A stretch of DNA of 64,000 bases. Source: a candidate division FCPU426 bacterium (GTDB lineage: Bacteria > Oederibacteriota > Muellerivitia > Muellerivitales > Muellerivitaceae). Every line of letters starts with the position of its first letter. Position 1 is the first letter of the stretch. The stretch lies in the NCBI GenBank assembly GCA_963796105.1, contig CAWCKJ010000003.1, forward strand, positions 128,001 to 192,000, read 5' to 3'. The notes below the pieces were generated by a model. The model searched no databases, had not been told where the DNA came from, and worked only from the letters and a program-made list of their open reading frames with translations. Both the position numbers and the translations under genes were made by a program. This document shows positions 18,730 to 29,465 of this stretch, in pieces.

Positions 18730-19629
18730 TTGCGGAAAATCACAATTTTTATCTTTTTTGCGGTGCTTTATGTACTTCAGTCTGCTGGGGCCGCCCAGGA
18801 GGAGGTACGATACCTTGTTTCATGCTCACTGAATGTATCAGCCGACAGTGTCTTAAATATTTACCTGAACAACCATCTTGTGGACCGGGTTTCCCATATG
18901 AGTGTTTTAACCGGACCTCAAACCATCATCAGCCGTCCCTCCAGCCTCTGCTTTTTCCAGCATGAGAATATCCTGGCGTTTGAACTGGCGGGCCCGGCTT
19001 TCCGACCGGCTCTGGCATATGAAACCTATGGGTTCGCCTATTCGATGGATTTGGTATTCTCTGACGGCAGCCGCAGGGTTCTCACCAGCAGTGAAAGGAA
19101 CCAGCATTTAAGTCTGTATCTCCAGGACAAATTGATAGGAAATCCCCGCGACTGGGAAACCCTTGAATTCAACGAATCTGGATGGCAGATTCCCTATACA
19201 TCCGCTTCCATTCCGGGGCTGCCTGAAGTATGGAACCAGCAATCTGGCATTCCTGCAGGTTATCTTTCGGCATCCAAGAAAGTTCCCTTGGGAGAGGGCG
19301 GTGGTGACCGCCAACTTTTTCGCAGGAAATTCCTGCTGGAAATGGCCCCGGCGCCGCAATGCGGGGAATCCAAAACCGCCGCTAATCTTTTTATTTCTTT
19401 CGAGGAAGGGCCTGGAATTTACAAGGTTGAGATCCTGGACATGGAGGGCAGGCACATCAAGACGCCTTTTCAAAAGAAAGTGGTCAGAAAAACAAACGCT
19501 TGGGTTCCCTGGGATGGAAAAAACGAGAAGGGGGAACCGGCTTCCTCTGGAACCTACCAAGCCGTTTACACCAAGGACGGATCCCCCTTGAGAACCACCG
19601 ATTTTACCATCGACATGACGAATCCCTGA
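18730..19629 (+). CDS. Secreted protein: galactose-binding-like beta-sandwich plus FlgD-Ig C-terminal domain
   Basis: Probable TTG start with signal peptide; SADS...IYLN...WETLEFNESGW...FRRKF; C-terminal ILDMEGRHIK...WDGKNEKGEPASSGTY. Confidence 0.6.
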   Translation: MRKITIFIFFAVLYVLQSAGAAQEEVRYLVSCSLNVSADSVLNIYLNNHLVDRVSHMSVLTGPQTIISRPSSLCFFQHENILAFELAGPAFRPALAYETYGFAYSMDLVFSDGSRRVLTSSERNQHLSLYLQDKLIGNPRDWETLEFNESGWQIPYTSASIPGLPEVWNQQSGIPAGYLSASKKVPLGEGGGDRQLFRRKFLLEMAPAPQCGESKTAANLFISFEEGPGIYKVEILDMEGRHIKTPFQKKVVRKTNAWVPWDGKNEKGEPASSGTYQAVYTKDGSPLRTTDFTIDMTNP

Positions 19630-19666
19630 AGGATGAGTTGGCGGGAGAGGCCTCTGGGTGAACGAC

Positions 19667-20956
19667 TTATTGGGAATCTTTGCGCAGGGACAGCGCTAGA
19701 AAACCCGCGATAAGAAGTGTCAGGGCCAGGACTAGCATTCCGTTTTCGAAGCGGTGGGTGGCTTCCCTGACGATTCCAATGATGTTGGGCCCGACGAATC
19801 CGCCGATATTTCCCACGGAATTAATCAAGGCGATACCGCCCGCTGCCGCCCTGCCGCTTAAGAATACCGTGGGCAGGCTCCAAAAGGGTCCCAATGTGCT
19901 CCAGATTCCCGTGGCTGTCAGGCAAAGGGTGAGGAAGGCCAGCAGGGGATGGTTTTGCTGGAATAGGGCGCCCAGCAGGAGCCCCAGGCAGGCGCTGAAG
20001 CATGAAACTGCCACGTGCCAACGGCGTTCCCCCGATTGATCCGAATGATAGGCGACCCAGACCATTCCCGCAGAGGCGCAAAGGTAAGGGATGGCGGACA
20101 AAAGGGCTGCGGTTGTGTTATCGAGCCCCGAGAAATTCTTCAAGATTTGGGGCAGCCAGAAGGCTACTCCGTAAAAACTGATGATGATTGAAAAATAAAG
20201 AAGGCACAACTTCCAGACCCTAGGGTGCGCCAGGGCCTCTCCCAGTTTCAAAGGATGCCGGTTTTGAAGCTCCCGGCGCTCCCGATCCATGGTTTCCTCC
20301 AGCCATTTTCTTTCATTCTGGGACAACCATGAAGCGTTTTTCGGCCTGTCGGTCAGGTAAAAATAAGTCACGAAGCCCAAGATGAAAGAGGGAAGTCCTT
20401 CCAGAAGAAAAAGCCATTGCCAGCCCTGCAGGCTCCATGCACCCCTCAAGCTTAAAAGGAACGCGGAGAGAGGACCCCCAACAACACCTGCTAGGGCAGT
20501 GGAAGTCAGGAAAAGCACGAAGGCCCTGGCCCTTTCACGGGCCGGAATCCAGAAGGTAAGGTAGTAGAGGATACCTGGAAGGAAGCCGGCCTCCGCGGCT
20601 CCCAAAAGAAACCGGAGGGTATAAAAAACCGAGGGGTTTTTCACCCACAACATGCTACAGGAGAGAATTCCCCAGGTCACCATAATGCGGGTGATCCAGA
20701 GACGGGCACCGACTTTTTCCAATATTAGGTTGCTGGGGATCTCGAAAATCACATAGCCAATAAAAAAAACACCGGCCCCGAATCCATAAACCGCGTCGCT
20801 GAACCCCAGGTCCGTCTTCATATCCAGCGCCGCGTAGCTGATGTTGAAACGGTCCAGGTAATTCAGGATATAACAGAGAAATAGAAAGGGAATAAAACGC
20901 CGCTGAACTTTCGACGGGATGTTTGATAATATATTCGATGGACTTTGGTTTTGCAC
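19667..20956 (-). CDS. MFS transporter, anion:cation symporter (tartrate/phthalate permease-like)
   Basis: YLDRFNI, FEIPSN, GARLWITRIM, RFLLGAAEAG, GWQWLFLLEG, GIALINSVGNIGGF. Confidence 0.93.
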   Translation of the reverse strand: MQNQSPSNILSNIPSKVQRRFIPFLFLCYILNYLDRFNISYAALDMKTDLGFSDAVYGFGAGVFFIGYVIFEIPSNLILEKVGARLWITRIMVTWGILSCSMLWVKNPSVFYTLRFLLGAAEAGFLPGILYYLTFWIPARERARAFVLFLTSTALAGVVGGPLSAFLLSLRGAWSLQGWQWLFLLEGLPSFILGFVTYFYLTDRPKNASWLSQNERKWLEETMDRERRELQNRHPLKLGEALAHPRVWKLCLLYFSIIISFYGVAFWLPQILKNFSGLDNTTAALLSAIPYLCASAGMVWVAYHSDQSGERRWHVAVSCFSACLGLLLGALFQQNHPLLAFLTLCLTATGIWSTLGPFWSLPTVFLSGRAAAGGIALINSVGNIGGFVGPNIIGIVREATHRFENGMLVLALTLLIAGFLALSLRKDSQ

Positions 20957-21056
20957 AATTCCCCGAAACCTTTGACTGACTAGAGGATAGCCCCCATTTT
21001 AGCAACCCCCGCCGCGAGGCGGTAATTCGGCAGGCGATGGAAAAACGATAACTTTC

Positions 21057-22571
21057 ATGAAGAAACCATTATCTTATGTGTCACGAAACCCCAATTACAA
21101 TCCAGATAAACTGTATCTTCTGTTTTGGCTCCTATTCGTGCTCGGGTGTTTGGCTTTAACATCCGTCGAATTCATTCCTCTCTTCCAACGCCTTATCTGC
21201 CCTTTCCAGGTGAATCAAGGAGAGGCCATTAATGTGGAGTTTTCCAGGGTATTATCCAGGGGGGAGGGCTTATATCATGACCCTAATATCAGCCCTTACT
21301 TGCACGCCGCCTATCCTCCGGTTTTTCCGATCCTTGAAGACTGGCTTTCCAAGGGTCTACCGGGTACATGGTTTCCTGGAAGATTGCTGGCGTTTTCCGG
21401 CTATCTGGGCTGCGCCCTGGCGTTGCTGGTGTGGGGATGGAGCAAGGGACCCATCGCTCCAGCTGCGGGATTGGCGGTCTTGTTTCTTCTTTCCCCTACC
21501 TGGGCCGCTTGGGGAACTATGGTCCGGGTGGATTGTTTCGTAACCGCCATTGTTTTTATTTCATTCCTGCTTTTGAAAAAAGCGGATCGGTTAAAACTTG
21601 AAAACTGGAAAAAATTATTTCTTCTGATCACTGCGGGTTTTCTTACTGCGCTGGCTGTCTTTTGCAAACAACCCGCAATCACTCTTGTGATCGCCTTTGG
21701 TTTGACCTGCCTCCTTGAAAAAAAGTGGAAGGATTTTTTATGGTTTGGGGCAGCCTTCGGAATTCCTTCTCTCTCGTTGGTTTTCTATCTTCAGGACAGA
21801 TCACAAGGATTTTTTTGGAAGCAAACTGTCCTTTGGGTTTCCAATTATGGCTTCCAGCCTGACCTTCTGGTTTATTACTTGAAAAACAGCTTCATGCCTG
21901 AATGCGGGTGGCTTCTGGCAGGTGTGATCCTGACTTTTTTGTTTAAAAAAACATCCCTCTTCACCGAACTACAAACGCTGATGGCCCTCTTGACTGTTTT
22001 AGGTTTAGCCCATAAAGCCAGCGCGGAAAATTATTACATGGGATTTATTTTGTTCGGTCTATTTTTCATAGGAGAAGGGTGGCTGGGTTGGGAAAAGGGT
22101 GTTCCTCGGGATTTGGAGGGGAAATTGCGGAAAGAGGATGAATCGCCGATTAGGATTTCTTTATACACAGGTTTTCTTTTCCCTATGATCCTCATTGCGG
22201 GACTTATTTCCTTCAATCTCGGTCCGTGGCCTCGTGTTCCATCTGCTTATGAAACTCAGTCCAAGGAAGAGGTTTTGACCCTCTACCGCCAACCTGGGGA
22301 GTATTTGGCCTTGGATTTGGACCTTTTGGTGATGGCGGGAAAGCGGATTTTGGTCCAGCCGGCTGAATATACAGGTTTGGTGGAAAAAGGATTATGGAGT
22401 TCCGCTCCGCTGGTTCGGGATATCCGGGCTAAAAAATTTGCGACCATTGAATTGTACGACATCCCGAGGCAATACTTGCTTCCGAATGAAGTGACGGATG
22501 AAATCAATCTTTCCTATCGGGTGTTTTTAACTAAGTTCGGCCGTAAGTGGTATATCCCCAAAAAAGATTAA
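21057..22571 (+). CDS. GT-C (ArnT/PMT-like) multi-pass membrane glycosyltransferase
   Basis: GE..N, LY..P...YPP, GRLLA, RVD, A.FCKQ pattern; many TM helices. Confidence 0.65.
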   Translation: MKKPLSYVSRNPNYNPDKLYLLFWLLFVLGCLALTSVEFIPLFQRLICPFQVNQGEAINVEFSRVLSRGEGLYHDPNISPYLHAAYPPVFPILEDWLSKGLPGTWFPGRLLAFSGYLGCALALLVWGWSKGPIAPAAGLAVLFLLSPTWAAWGTMVRVDCFVTAIVFISFLLLKKADRLKLENWKKLFLLITAGFLTALAVFCKQPAITLVIAFGLTCLLEKKWKDFLWFGAAFGIPSLSLVFYLQDRSQGFFWKQTVLWVSNYGFQPDLLVYYLKNSFMPECGWLLAGVILTFLFKKTSLFTELQTLMALLTVLGLAHKASAENYYMGFILFGLFFIGEGWLGWEKGVPRDLEGKLRKEDESPIRISLYTGFLFPMILIAGLISFNLGPWPRVPSAYETQSKEEVLTLYRQPGEYLALDLDLLVMAGKRILVQPAEYTGLVEKGLWSSAPLVRDIRAKKFATIELYDIPRQYLLPNEVTDEINLSYRVFLTKFGRKWYIPKKD

Positions 22572-22716
22572 GGGTATTTTCAACCTGACAAGTGAAGAGT
22601 TTGGATCGGTTTTTCTTATTTAGATTTTCATCTTTTCTTGGATACTACATTTCCAAATCATTTTGAATGAGTTTGAAAAGAAAATTTATAACTTTAAAGC
22701 CCGTTTTCAATGGGAT

Positions 22717-22725
22717 TGTTATAAT
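22717..22725 (+). promoter_or_regulatory. Extended -10 promoter for GH57-glgB
   Basis: TGTTATAAT about 50 nt upstream of the ATG. Confidence 0.5.
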
Positions 22726-22776
22726 CTTGGCTCATCCTTTGGTTAACAACGACAAATAAAGGAGTTTTGAGGGATC

Positions 22777-25230
22777 ATGCCAACTGCGCTCGTTATTCAT
22801 GGACATTTTTACCAGCCGCCCCGAGAAAACCCCTGGACAGGGGTGGTCGACGACCAGCCCAGCGCCCAACCCTTTCCCAATTGGAATGACCGTGTTTACT
22901 ATGAATGCTATAGGCCCAACGCATTCGCCCGGGTATTTGACTCCAAGTCGAATCGAATCGAAAGCATCGTCAATAGCTACGAGTCCCTCAATTTCAACAT
23001 CGGGCCGACGCTCCTTTCATGGATGGAGAAATACCATCCCCAAACCTACCTGCGCATCCTTGAGGCGGACCGTAACAGCCTGAAGCGCAACGGGGGACAC
23101 GGCAACGCCATCGCCCAGGCCTATAACCACGCCATCCTTCCCCTTTGCAACGAGGCGGACCGGGTAACGCAAGTGAAATGGGGGATCGCTGATTTCAAAT
23201 TCCGTTTCCGCAGGGAACCGGAGTCCTTGTGGCTATCCGAGACAGCCTGCGACGATGCCACCCTTTCAGTCCTGATTGATAACGGTCTTAAATACGTTAT
23301 TCTTTCACCGGAACAAGCCCAAAGGGTCCGGCCACTGCCGGGCGGAGATTGGCACGACGTTTCCCGAAACGATTTCGATACGGGCGTGGCTTACCGCTAC
23401 TTTCACAGGGATGGGTCCAGGCGTTTCATCGACCTATTCTTTTACGACCCGGAAATCTCCCGCGGAATTGCTTTCGAGGGTGCTCTGGTAACCAGCCAGG
23501 CTCTTGTGGACCGCATCGCGCGGACGTCCAAAGGCGATGGAAGGATTGTCCACGCCGCCACCGATGGGGAATCCTACGGCCACCATACCAAATTCGGCGA
23601 TTTAAGCCTAGCTTACGCCCTCAAGGTGGAAGCAGCAAACCGCGACTATTGGGTCACCAATTACGGAGCTTACCTGGAGAAATATCCGCCAGTTCAGGAG
23701 GTGGAGATTAAAAGAGGCGAGGATGGCCTAGGCACCTCCTGGAGCTGCGCCCATGGGGTGGGCCGATGGTTCCGTGATTGTGGCTGCCAGACCGGGGGCA
23801 AGGAAGGCTGGAACCAGGTTTGGAGAGGCCCCTTAAGGAAAGCCTTCAACCATATCCGGGACAAAGTGAGCGGTTATTTCGAGGCGGAGCGCGGGAAGCT
23901 TTTCCTGGATCCCTGGGCGGCCCGCAACGATTACATCCAATTGGTCCTGAATCCCCTGGCATCCCGGGAGGAATTCCTGGAAAAACACGCGGGGAGGAGC
24001 CTTTCCTCCATGGAGCAGGTGAAGGCCTTGGCGCAATTGGAAATCCAGCGCAACTCCATGTTGATGTATACAAGTTGTGGGTGGTTTTTCTCAGAGATTT
24101 CCGGTATTGAGGGTGTCCAGGTCATGAAATACGCCGCCCGGATTTTCGACCTTATGAAGATCCTTGACGAGATTTCCCCTGAAAACGAATTTTTGGCCAT
24201 CCTGGGACAAGCCAAAAGCAATTTTCTGGAATTCGGTACAGGCGCTGACGTTTACCACCGCTTCGCCGAGTCTAGCCGCGTGACTCCCCAGGGCGTGGTT
24301 GCCCATTTGGCTCTTTCTTCGCTGGTCACTCCGGTGCCTGATGAGGGGGAAGCCGGGGGTTACTTATACGAGATAACGAACCCGGTCCGGGAACAAAGGG
24401 GCAGGTATACGCTCATGGCGGGCCAGGTCCGCCTCAAGGAAGCCATGGTCCATCAAGAGTTCGGCTTCGCTTTCGCGGGAATCCACTTGGGGGGCATCGA
24501 TTTTTACGGTGCAATCAAGCCTTTCTTGCCCCCAGATCTATTCCGGAAATCCTCCCGTAAATTGGTGGATATGTTCAATATCTTATCCCTCCCGAAACTT
24601 CTTCGCCTGCTTCAAGAAGAGTTCGGGCCAGAAGAATTTGGGGTTGAGCAGATCCTGCCGGAGGCCCGAAAGAAAGTCTTCCAGGAGGTGTTTGGAAGCC
24701 TGGTGGACCGGTTTTCCGAGCAATATGTCCGCTTGTATGAGGAAAACCGCCGGAACCTGGAAATGCTCCAATCCGTCGGGTTCGAGCTTCCCAAGGAAAT
24801 CCAAGCGGCGGCAGAATTCACCTTTGGAAAGCTTTTTGAGGAGGAAATCCAGAAACGGGAATGGTTCAAGGACCCGGAGGCCTACCGAAGCCTGATCGAA
24901 CTCGCGGACGAGGTCACCCAGCACGGTTACCGCATTGACCGGTTCGTACCCCAGCACACGTTCCGTAACCTTTTAACGGAAATCGTGGACAACGCTGTGA
25001 CCGAGCCGAATGAGGATAACGTAAAAGCCGCCCTCGCGGTAGTGCAGATAACGAAAAAACTGGGACTGGATTATAATCTTTACCTCGCCCAGGAGGCGGT
25101 ATTTGAGGCAGCGGAAAAATCCCTGGAATTCGAGAAACTTATGGAGATTTCAGATTTATTGAATCTTCGAACAGATCTTCTTTTGGAAAAAAACACGAGG
25201 ATCAAAGAAACACTTCGCCCCACGGCTTAA
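22777..25230 (+). CDS. Glycoside hydrolase family 57 with DUF3536
   Basis: HGHFYQPPRENPW, LWLSET, ATDGESYGHH, SWSCAHGVGRW, MYTSCGWFF. Confidence 0.93.
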   Translation: MPTALVIHGHFYQPPRENPWTGVVDDQPSAQPFPNWNDRVYYECYRPNAFARVFDSKSNRIESIVNSYESLNFNIGPTLLSWMEKYHPQTYLRILEADRNSLKRNGGHGNAIAQAYNHAILPLCNEADRVTQVKWGIADFKFRFRREPESLWLSETACDDATLSVLIDNGLKYVILSPEQAQRVRPLPGGDWHDVSRNDFDTGVAYRYFHRDGSRRFIDLFFYDPEISRGIAFEGALVTSQALVDRIARTSKGDGRIVHAATDGESYGHHTKFGDLSLAYALKVEAANRDYWVTNYGAYLEKYPPVQEVEIKRGEDGLGTSWSCAHGVGRWFRDCGCQTGGKEGWNQVWRGPLRKAFNHIRDKVSGYFEAERGKLFLDPWAARNDYIQLVLNPLASREEFLEKHAGRSLSSMEQVKALAQLEIQRNSMLMYTSCGWFFSEISGIEGVQVMKYAARIFDLMKILDEISPENEFLAILGQAKSNFLEFGTGADVYHRFAESSRVTPQGVVAHLALSSLVTPVPDEGEAGGYLYEITNPVREQRGRYTLMAGQVRLKEAMVHQEFGFAFAGIHLGGIDFYGAIKPFLPPDLFRKSSRKLVDMFNILSLPKLLRLLQEEFGPEEFGVEQILPEARKKVFQEVFGSLVDRFSEQYVRLYEENRRNLEMLQSVGFELPKEIQAAAEFTFGKLFEEEIQKREWFKDPEAYRSLIELADEVTQHGYRIDRFVPQHTFRNLLTEIVDNAVTEPNEDNVKAALAVVQITKKLGLDYNLYLAQEAVFEAAEKSLEFEKLMEISDLLNLRTDLLLEKNTRIKETLRPTA

Positions 25231-25245
25231 TAGAAAGAGGAAAAA

Positions 25246-27465
25246 TTGCCCCCGCGAAAAAAGAAAAACCAAATTGAAACAAAAAATACCAAATCTTCAA
25301 GTTCCGACTTGGAGCGTTTAGTCAACCTATCCCACCGCGACCCTCACTCCATTCTTGGCATTCATCCCGTTCCAGAAGGGGTTTTCATCCGGGTTTTCCG
25401 GCCTGAGGCCAAGTCCATTTCCGTTTTGCTGGGTAAGAGGGAAATCCAGCTCCAACCCATTGAACCCAAAGGATTGTTTGAGACGCTGTTGCCCGGGGAA
25501 AAAGAATTTCCTCCCTATCGTGTCAGGGCGGAATATCTTGGCGGAAATGTTTTCGAATATTGGGACCCCTACGCTTTCTGGCCCACCTTGGGTGAATTGG
25601 ATTTGTTCCTTTTGGGCGAGGGAAATCACGAGAGACTTTATGAAAAAATGGGAGCGCACCCCACACGTTGGCAGGATGTCGAGGGGGTATCTTTCGCGGT
25701 CTGGGCGCCCGGCGGAAAAAGCGTCAGTGTGGTTGGGGATTTCAACGGCTGGGACGGTCGTCTGCATATGATGCGGTGTCTGGGAGTGTCGGGCATTTGG
25801 GAAATTTTCATACCAGAACTTCCGGCAGGCACCATGTACAAATACGAGATCCGCACGCCTTCGGGCGACATCCGCATGAAAGCTGACCCTTACGCCTTCG
25901 CAACGGAAGTGCCGCCCAAGACGGCCTCGGTCGTGCACAAGACTGCCTTCCATTTTAATGATACTGTATGGATGGAGAAACGGAAGAAGAGCGACGCCCT
26001 CCGGGAACCTATGTCCATCTACGAGTTACACCCGGAATCCTGGAGGAAAGTTCCCGAGGAGGGCAACCGTTCCCTGACCTATCGAGAAATGGCTTTCCAG
26101 TTGGCCGATTACATGAAGGAAATGGGTTTTACCCACGTTCAACTCATGCCGGTTATGGAGCATCCATTTGGGGGGTCCTGGGGTTACCAGGTGACCTCCT
26201 ATTTCGCGCCCACCTCACGGTTTGGAGATCCGGACGATTTCAAGTTTCTGGTGGACCACCTGCACCAAAACGGCATAGGGGTTCTCTTGGACTGGGTTCC
26301 AGCTCATTTCCCCAAGGACGATTTCGCCTTGGGCCGATTTGATGGCACCGCCCTTTATGAGCACATTGACCCCCGCCAGGGGGAGCATCCGGATTGGGGT
26401 ACTTATGTCTTCAATTTTGGGCGAAACGAGGTCCGCAACTTTTTGCTGTCCAGCGCTCTTTATTGGCTTTCCGAGTACCACGTGGACGGCTTGAGACTGG
26501 ACGCCGTGGCCTCTATGCTTTACCTGGATTACAGCCGCCAGGATGGGGAGTGGGTCGCCAACAAGTATGGAGGAAACGAAAATCTGGAAGCCATCTCCTT
26601 CCTCAAGCGCCTCAACGAATTGGCCCATGCCCAATTTCCGGGGGTGCTGATGATCGCCGAGGAATCCACGGCCTTTACGGGTGTGAGCAAGCCGACCTAT
26701 ACGGGCGGTCTGGGATTCGGATTCAAGTGGAACATGGGATGGATGCATGACACCCTTTTCTATTTCAGCCGGGACCCCATTTACCGCAGGTATAACCACA
26801 ACAATCTCACCTTCGGTTTCCTCTACGCTTGGAGCGAGAATTTCATTCTGCCTCTGTCTCATGACGAAGTTGTTCATGGAAAATGTTCCCTCATCGACAA
26901 GATGCCGGGGGACCGATGGCAAAAATTTTCGGGTCTCAGGTCGCTTTTCGGTTATATGTGGGCGCACCCAGGCAAGAAGCTCCTATTCATGGGGGGCGAG
27001 TTCGCCCAGTTCTATGAGTGGAACCATGAACAAAGCCTGGATTGGCATTTGACCCAATGGGCGGACCATTGGCGTATGCAGGACTATATGAAGGATTTGA
27101 ACCGCATCTACAAGGAAAACCCGGCCCTCTGGGAGGCGGATACGGACCCCTCCGGATTCCAATGGGTGGATGTCCACAACGCCAACGAAAATGTAGTGGC
27201 ATTTTTAAGGAAATCCCCTAAAACCGGGAGACAGTTACTCTGCATCGGAAATTTCTCGCCGGTTCTCCGTCATGGTTACCGAGTGGGCTTGCCGAAGTGG
27301 GGGTATTACAAGGAAATCCTGAATTCTGATTCCGCTCACTATGGCGGAAGCAATTTCGGCAATGGGGGAGGGGTGCAATCCGAGGATATTTCCTACCAAG
27401 GGATGCCCCATTCCGCCATTGTGTTCCTCCCCCCCTTGTCGATCTTGTGGTTTGAGGCGCCCTGA
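25246..27465 (+). CDS. glgB: 1,4-alpha-glucan branching enzyme (GH13)
   Basis: [47 protein letters not shown]. Confidence 0.97.
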   Translation: MPPRKKKNQIETKNTKSSSSDLERLVNLSHRDPHSILGIHPVPEGVFIRVFRPEAKSISVLLGKREIQLQPIEPKGLFETLLPGEKEFPPYRVRAEYLGGNVFEYWDPYAFWPTLGELDLFLLGEGNHERLYEKMGAHPTRWQDVEGVSFAVWAPGGKSVSVVGDFNGWDGRLHMMRCLGVSGIWEIFIPELPAGTMYKYEIRTPSGDIRMKADPYAFATEVPPKTASVVHKTAFHFNDTVWMEKRKKSDALREPMSIYELHPESWRKVPEEGNRSLTYREMAFQLADYMKEMGFTHVQLMPVMEHPFGGSWGYQVTSYFAPTSRFGDPDDFKFLVDHLHQNGIGVLLDWVPAHFPKDDFALGRFDGTALYEHIDPRQGEHPDWGTYVFNFGRNEVRNFLLSSALYWLSEYHVDGLRLDAVASMLYLDYSRQDGEWVANKYGGNENLEAISFLKRLNELAHAQFPGVLMIAEESTAFTGVSKPTYTGGLGFGFKWNMGWMHDTLFYFSRDPIYRRYNHNNLTFGFLYAWSENFILPLSHDEVVHGKCSLIDKMPGDRWQKFSGLRSLFGYMWAHPGKKLLFMGGEFAQFYEWNHEQSLDWHLTQWADHWRMQDYMKDLNRIYKENPALWEADTDPSGFQWVDVHNANENVVAFLRKSPKTGRQLLCIGNFSPVLRHGYRVGLPKWGYYKEILNSDSAHYGGSNFGNGGGVQSEDISYQGMPHSAIVFLPPLSILWFEAP

Positions 27466-27514
27466 TCAGGTGTTTGAATTTGACCTTAATTCAGTTCATC
27501 CATTGGAGCAAAAA

Positions 27515-28120
27515 ATGAAAAACAAAATATTAATTTGTTTATTGTTTTCAATTCTTTTCATTGCGATCGCAGGACTATCCCCGTCAGAAAACGACTCGCG
27601 TATTATCGTCAAGCTTGGGCATAACTCGGCAAACGAGGAACAAAGAACAGCTTCCCTGTACCTGGTTTTCAAAGGGGACAAAAGCGACAGCATGATCGCT
27701 GTTGATTTAGAAAGAGAAACCCGTTTCTATGCCGAGGTTTGGGATGATTTGTATCTGCAAGTCACAACCGAGTCAAGTGACGATGGCATTGAAGCCTACC
27801 ATTTCGCTTTTTCAAAGGATGAGGCGGGCAATGAACCGGCAGCATTAAAAGACTCGAAGGATAAAGGGACATTGAGAGTGCTAGCTGCAGCGGATTTTAG
27901 GACGGTGGAAAATTCCTCAGCTCGCGTCTTGAAACCGGGTCCTGGAACCCCTGATGACCCCGGGGCCTTTCGATTGATTCATTATGGCGGTTTTGACGCC
28001 GAAATCAGAGTTCTTGAATTCAATATTGCCGGTGCGATTCCCAAAAAGAAACCCTATTTTAAATCACTATCTTGCATAGTCGGGATTACCGAGAATAATC
28101 AAAAAACATTGGTTAAATGA
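27515..28120 (+). CDS. Hypothetical exported protein
   Basis: GGAG RBS then MKNKILICLLFSILFIAIAG signal/TM segment; no recognisable domain. Confidence 0.6.
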   Translation: MKNKILICLLFSILFIAIAGLSPSENDSRIIVKLGHNSANEEQRTASLYLVFKGDKSDSMIAVDLERETRFYAEVWDDLYLQVTTESSDDGIEAYHFAFSKDEAGNEPAALKDSKDKGTLRVLAAADFRTVENSSARVLKPGPGTPDDPGAFRLIHYGGFDAEIRVLEFNIAGAIPKKKPYFKSLSCIVGITENNQKTLVK

Positions 28121-28211
28121 TATTCCTTTATGTGTGTGGGTTATAAAGCCATTCCATTTGAATCTTATATATAATGATCCGTTTTAAATCCGAATTAAGA
28201 AGGTTGACACT

Positions 28212-29321
28212 ATGAAACACAATTCCTCCATGAATTCTGAAAAACAAAAAAATACAAGCAATAAAGGAACCGCGGAAAAAACGATCCTTCAACGGGAATT
28301 GGACATGTTCCACAGGATCATCGAGGGCATGAGGGAGGAGCTTTCCTACGTGGATCTCCTGAAACTCACAGTCACCTGCGTCTGCAAGGGATTGGGCTAT
28401 GACCGGGCCGGAATTTTCTTGGTGGAACCAGGTGGGAAGAGTATCGCGAGGGCCATCGGAGTTGACGCCAAAGGCCGGTTCGAGGTCGGGCATGACCATG
28501 TGGATCCTCTTTTAAATAAAAAGGGTTTCAGCACTTTTTCGGATTTGGTTTACGGCTATAAAAAGTATTTCTATACCGCCAACCTGCTCAAGCTTTATCC
28601 CGATGCCAAGGGTGTCGAGAAAGGCGTGACCTGCAACGCGAATGTTCCGATTTCGATGGGAAAGAAACGAATCATAGGTGTTCTGGCCGTGGATAACCTA
28701 TTCACCCAACGTCAACTGACCCTCAAGGATATCGGCTCCCTCATGAATTTCGCGACCCAGGCGGGGATGGCCATTGAGACTATCCGACTTCATGAGCAGG
28801 TTCGCGAGCTTTCGGTTACCGACGGTTTGACAAGGATTCACAATCGGAGGTATTTCGAGAGGTTCCTGGAAGATGAGGCCGCGAGAAGCAAGCGGTATAA
28901 CCGCGCCTTCAGTCTTCTTTACCTGGATGTGGACCATTTCAAAAAAATCAACGACCATTACGGCCATCCAGCCGGCGATGAAGTGCTAAAATTCATCGCA
29001 TTATTTTTGCGCGCTGACCTTCGAACCATTGATGTGGTAGCCAGATTAGGAGGGGACGAATTCGGCATCATTCTTCCCGAAATACATCCGGAGGGGGCCA
29101 TGACGGTAGCCCAGCGGCTTCATCGGAAGATTGCAGAAGTCCACCTGCCAGTGGAAGCGATGGTGAAAGACCGGAAAAAGATCACACTCAGTATTGGATT
29201 AGCCACTTTTCCGGAGAATGCCTCTAGCGCCGAGGAATTGGTCAAGATGGCGGATAAGAGCCTCTACAAAGCCAAGACCTCCGGCCGAAATCGTGTTGGA
29301 CCTTTTATTAGGAAATCCTGA
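28212..29321 (+). CDS. GAF-GGDEF diguanylate cyclase
   Basis: GAF (GYDRAGIFL...IIGVLAVDN...FATQAGMAI), TDGLT, DVDHFK, RTID I-site, intact GGDEF. Confidence 0.95.
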   Translation: MKHNSSMNSEKQKNTSNKGTAEKTILQRELDMFHRIIEGMREELSYVDLLKLTVTCVCKGLGYDRAGIFLVEPGGKSIARAIGVDAKGRFEVGHDHVDPLLNKKGFSTFSDLVYGYKKYFYTANLLKLYPDAKGVEKGVTCNANVPISMGKKRIIGVLAVDNLFTQRQLTLKDIGSLMNFATQAGMAIETIRLHEQVRELSVTDGLTRIHNRRYFERFLEDEAARSKRYNRAFSLLYLDVDHFKKINDHYGHPAGDEVLKFIALFLRADLRTIDVVARLGGDEFGIILPEIHPEGAMTVAQRLHRKIAEVHLPVEAMVKDRKKITLSIGLATFPENASSAEELVKMADKSLYKAKTSGRNRVGPFIRKS

Positions 29322-29407
29322 GAACCCACTGATCCTTTTTGGCCGGCTTACTTGTCGGCAATTACCCGCTTTACTCGATGGCAGAGGTCCCTTGGCTTAG
29401 TAGCAGG

Positions 29408-29436
29408 TTGCGGGGTGGGTGGGTGGCCCCTATAAT
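29408..29436 (+). promoter_or_regulatory. Sigma-70 promoter for accA
   Basis: TTGCGG-17 nt-TATAAT. Confidence 0.55.
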
Positions 29437-29465
29437 GATGCCGTTTATTAAAATTTCTAACCAAG

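Noticed and set aside
8949..22571. Genomic island integrated at tRNA-Arg(CCT)
   Set aside because: Gene content is accessory, but there is no integrase and I found no duplicated tRNA 3' end (att site).
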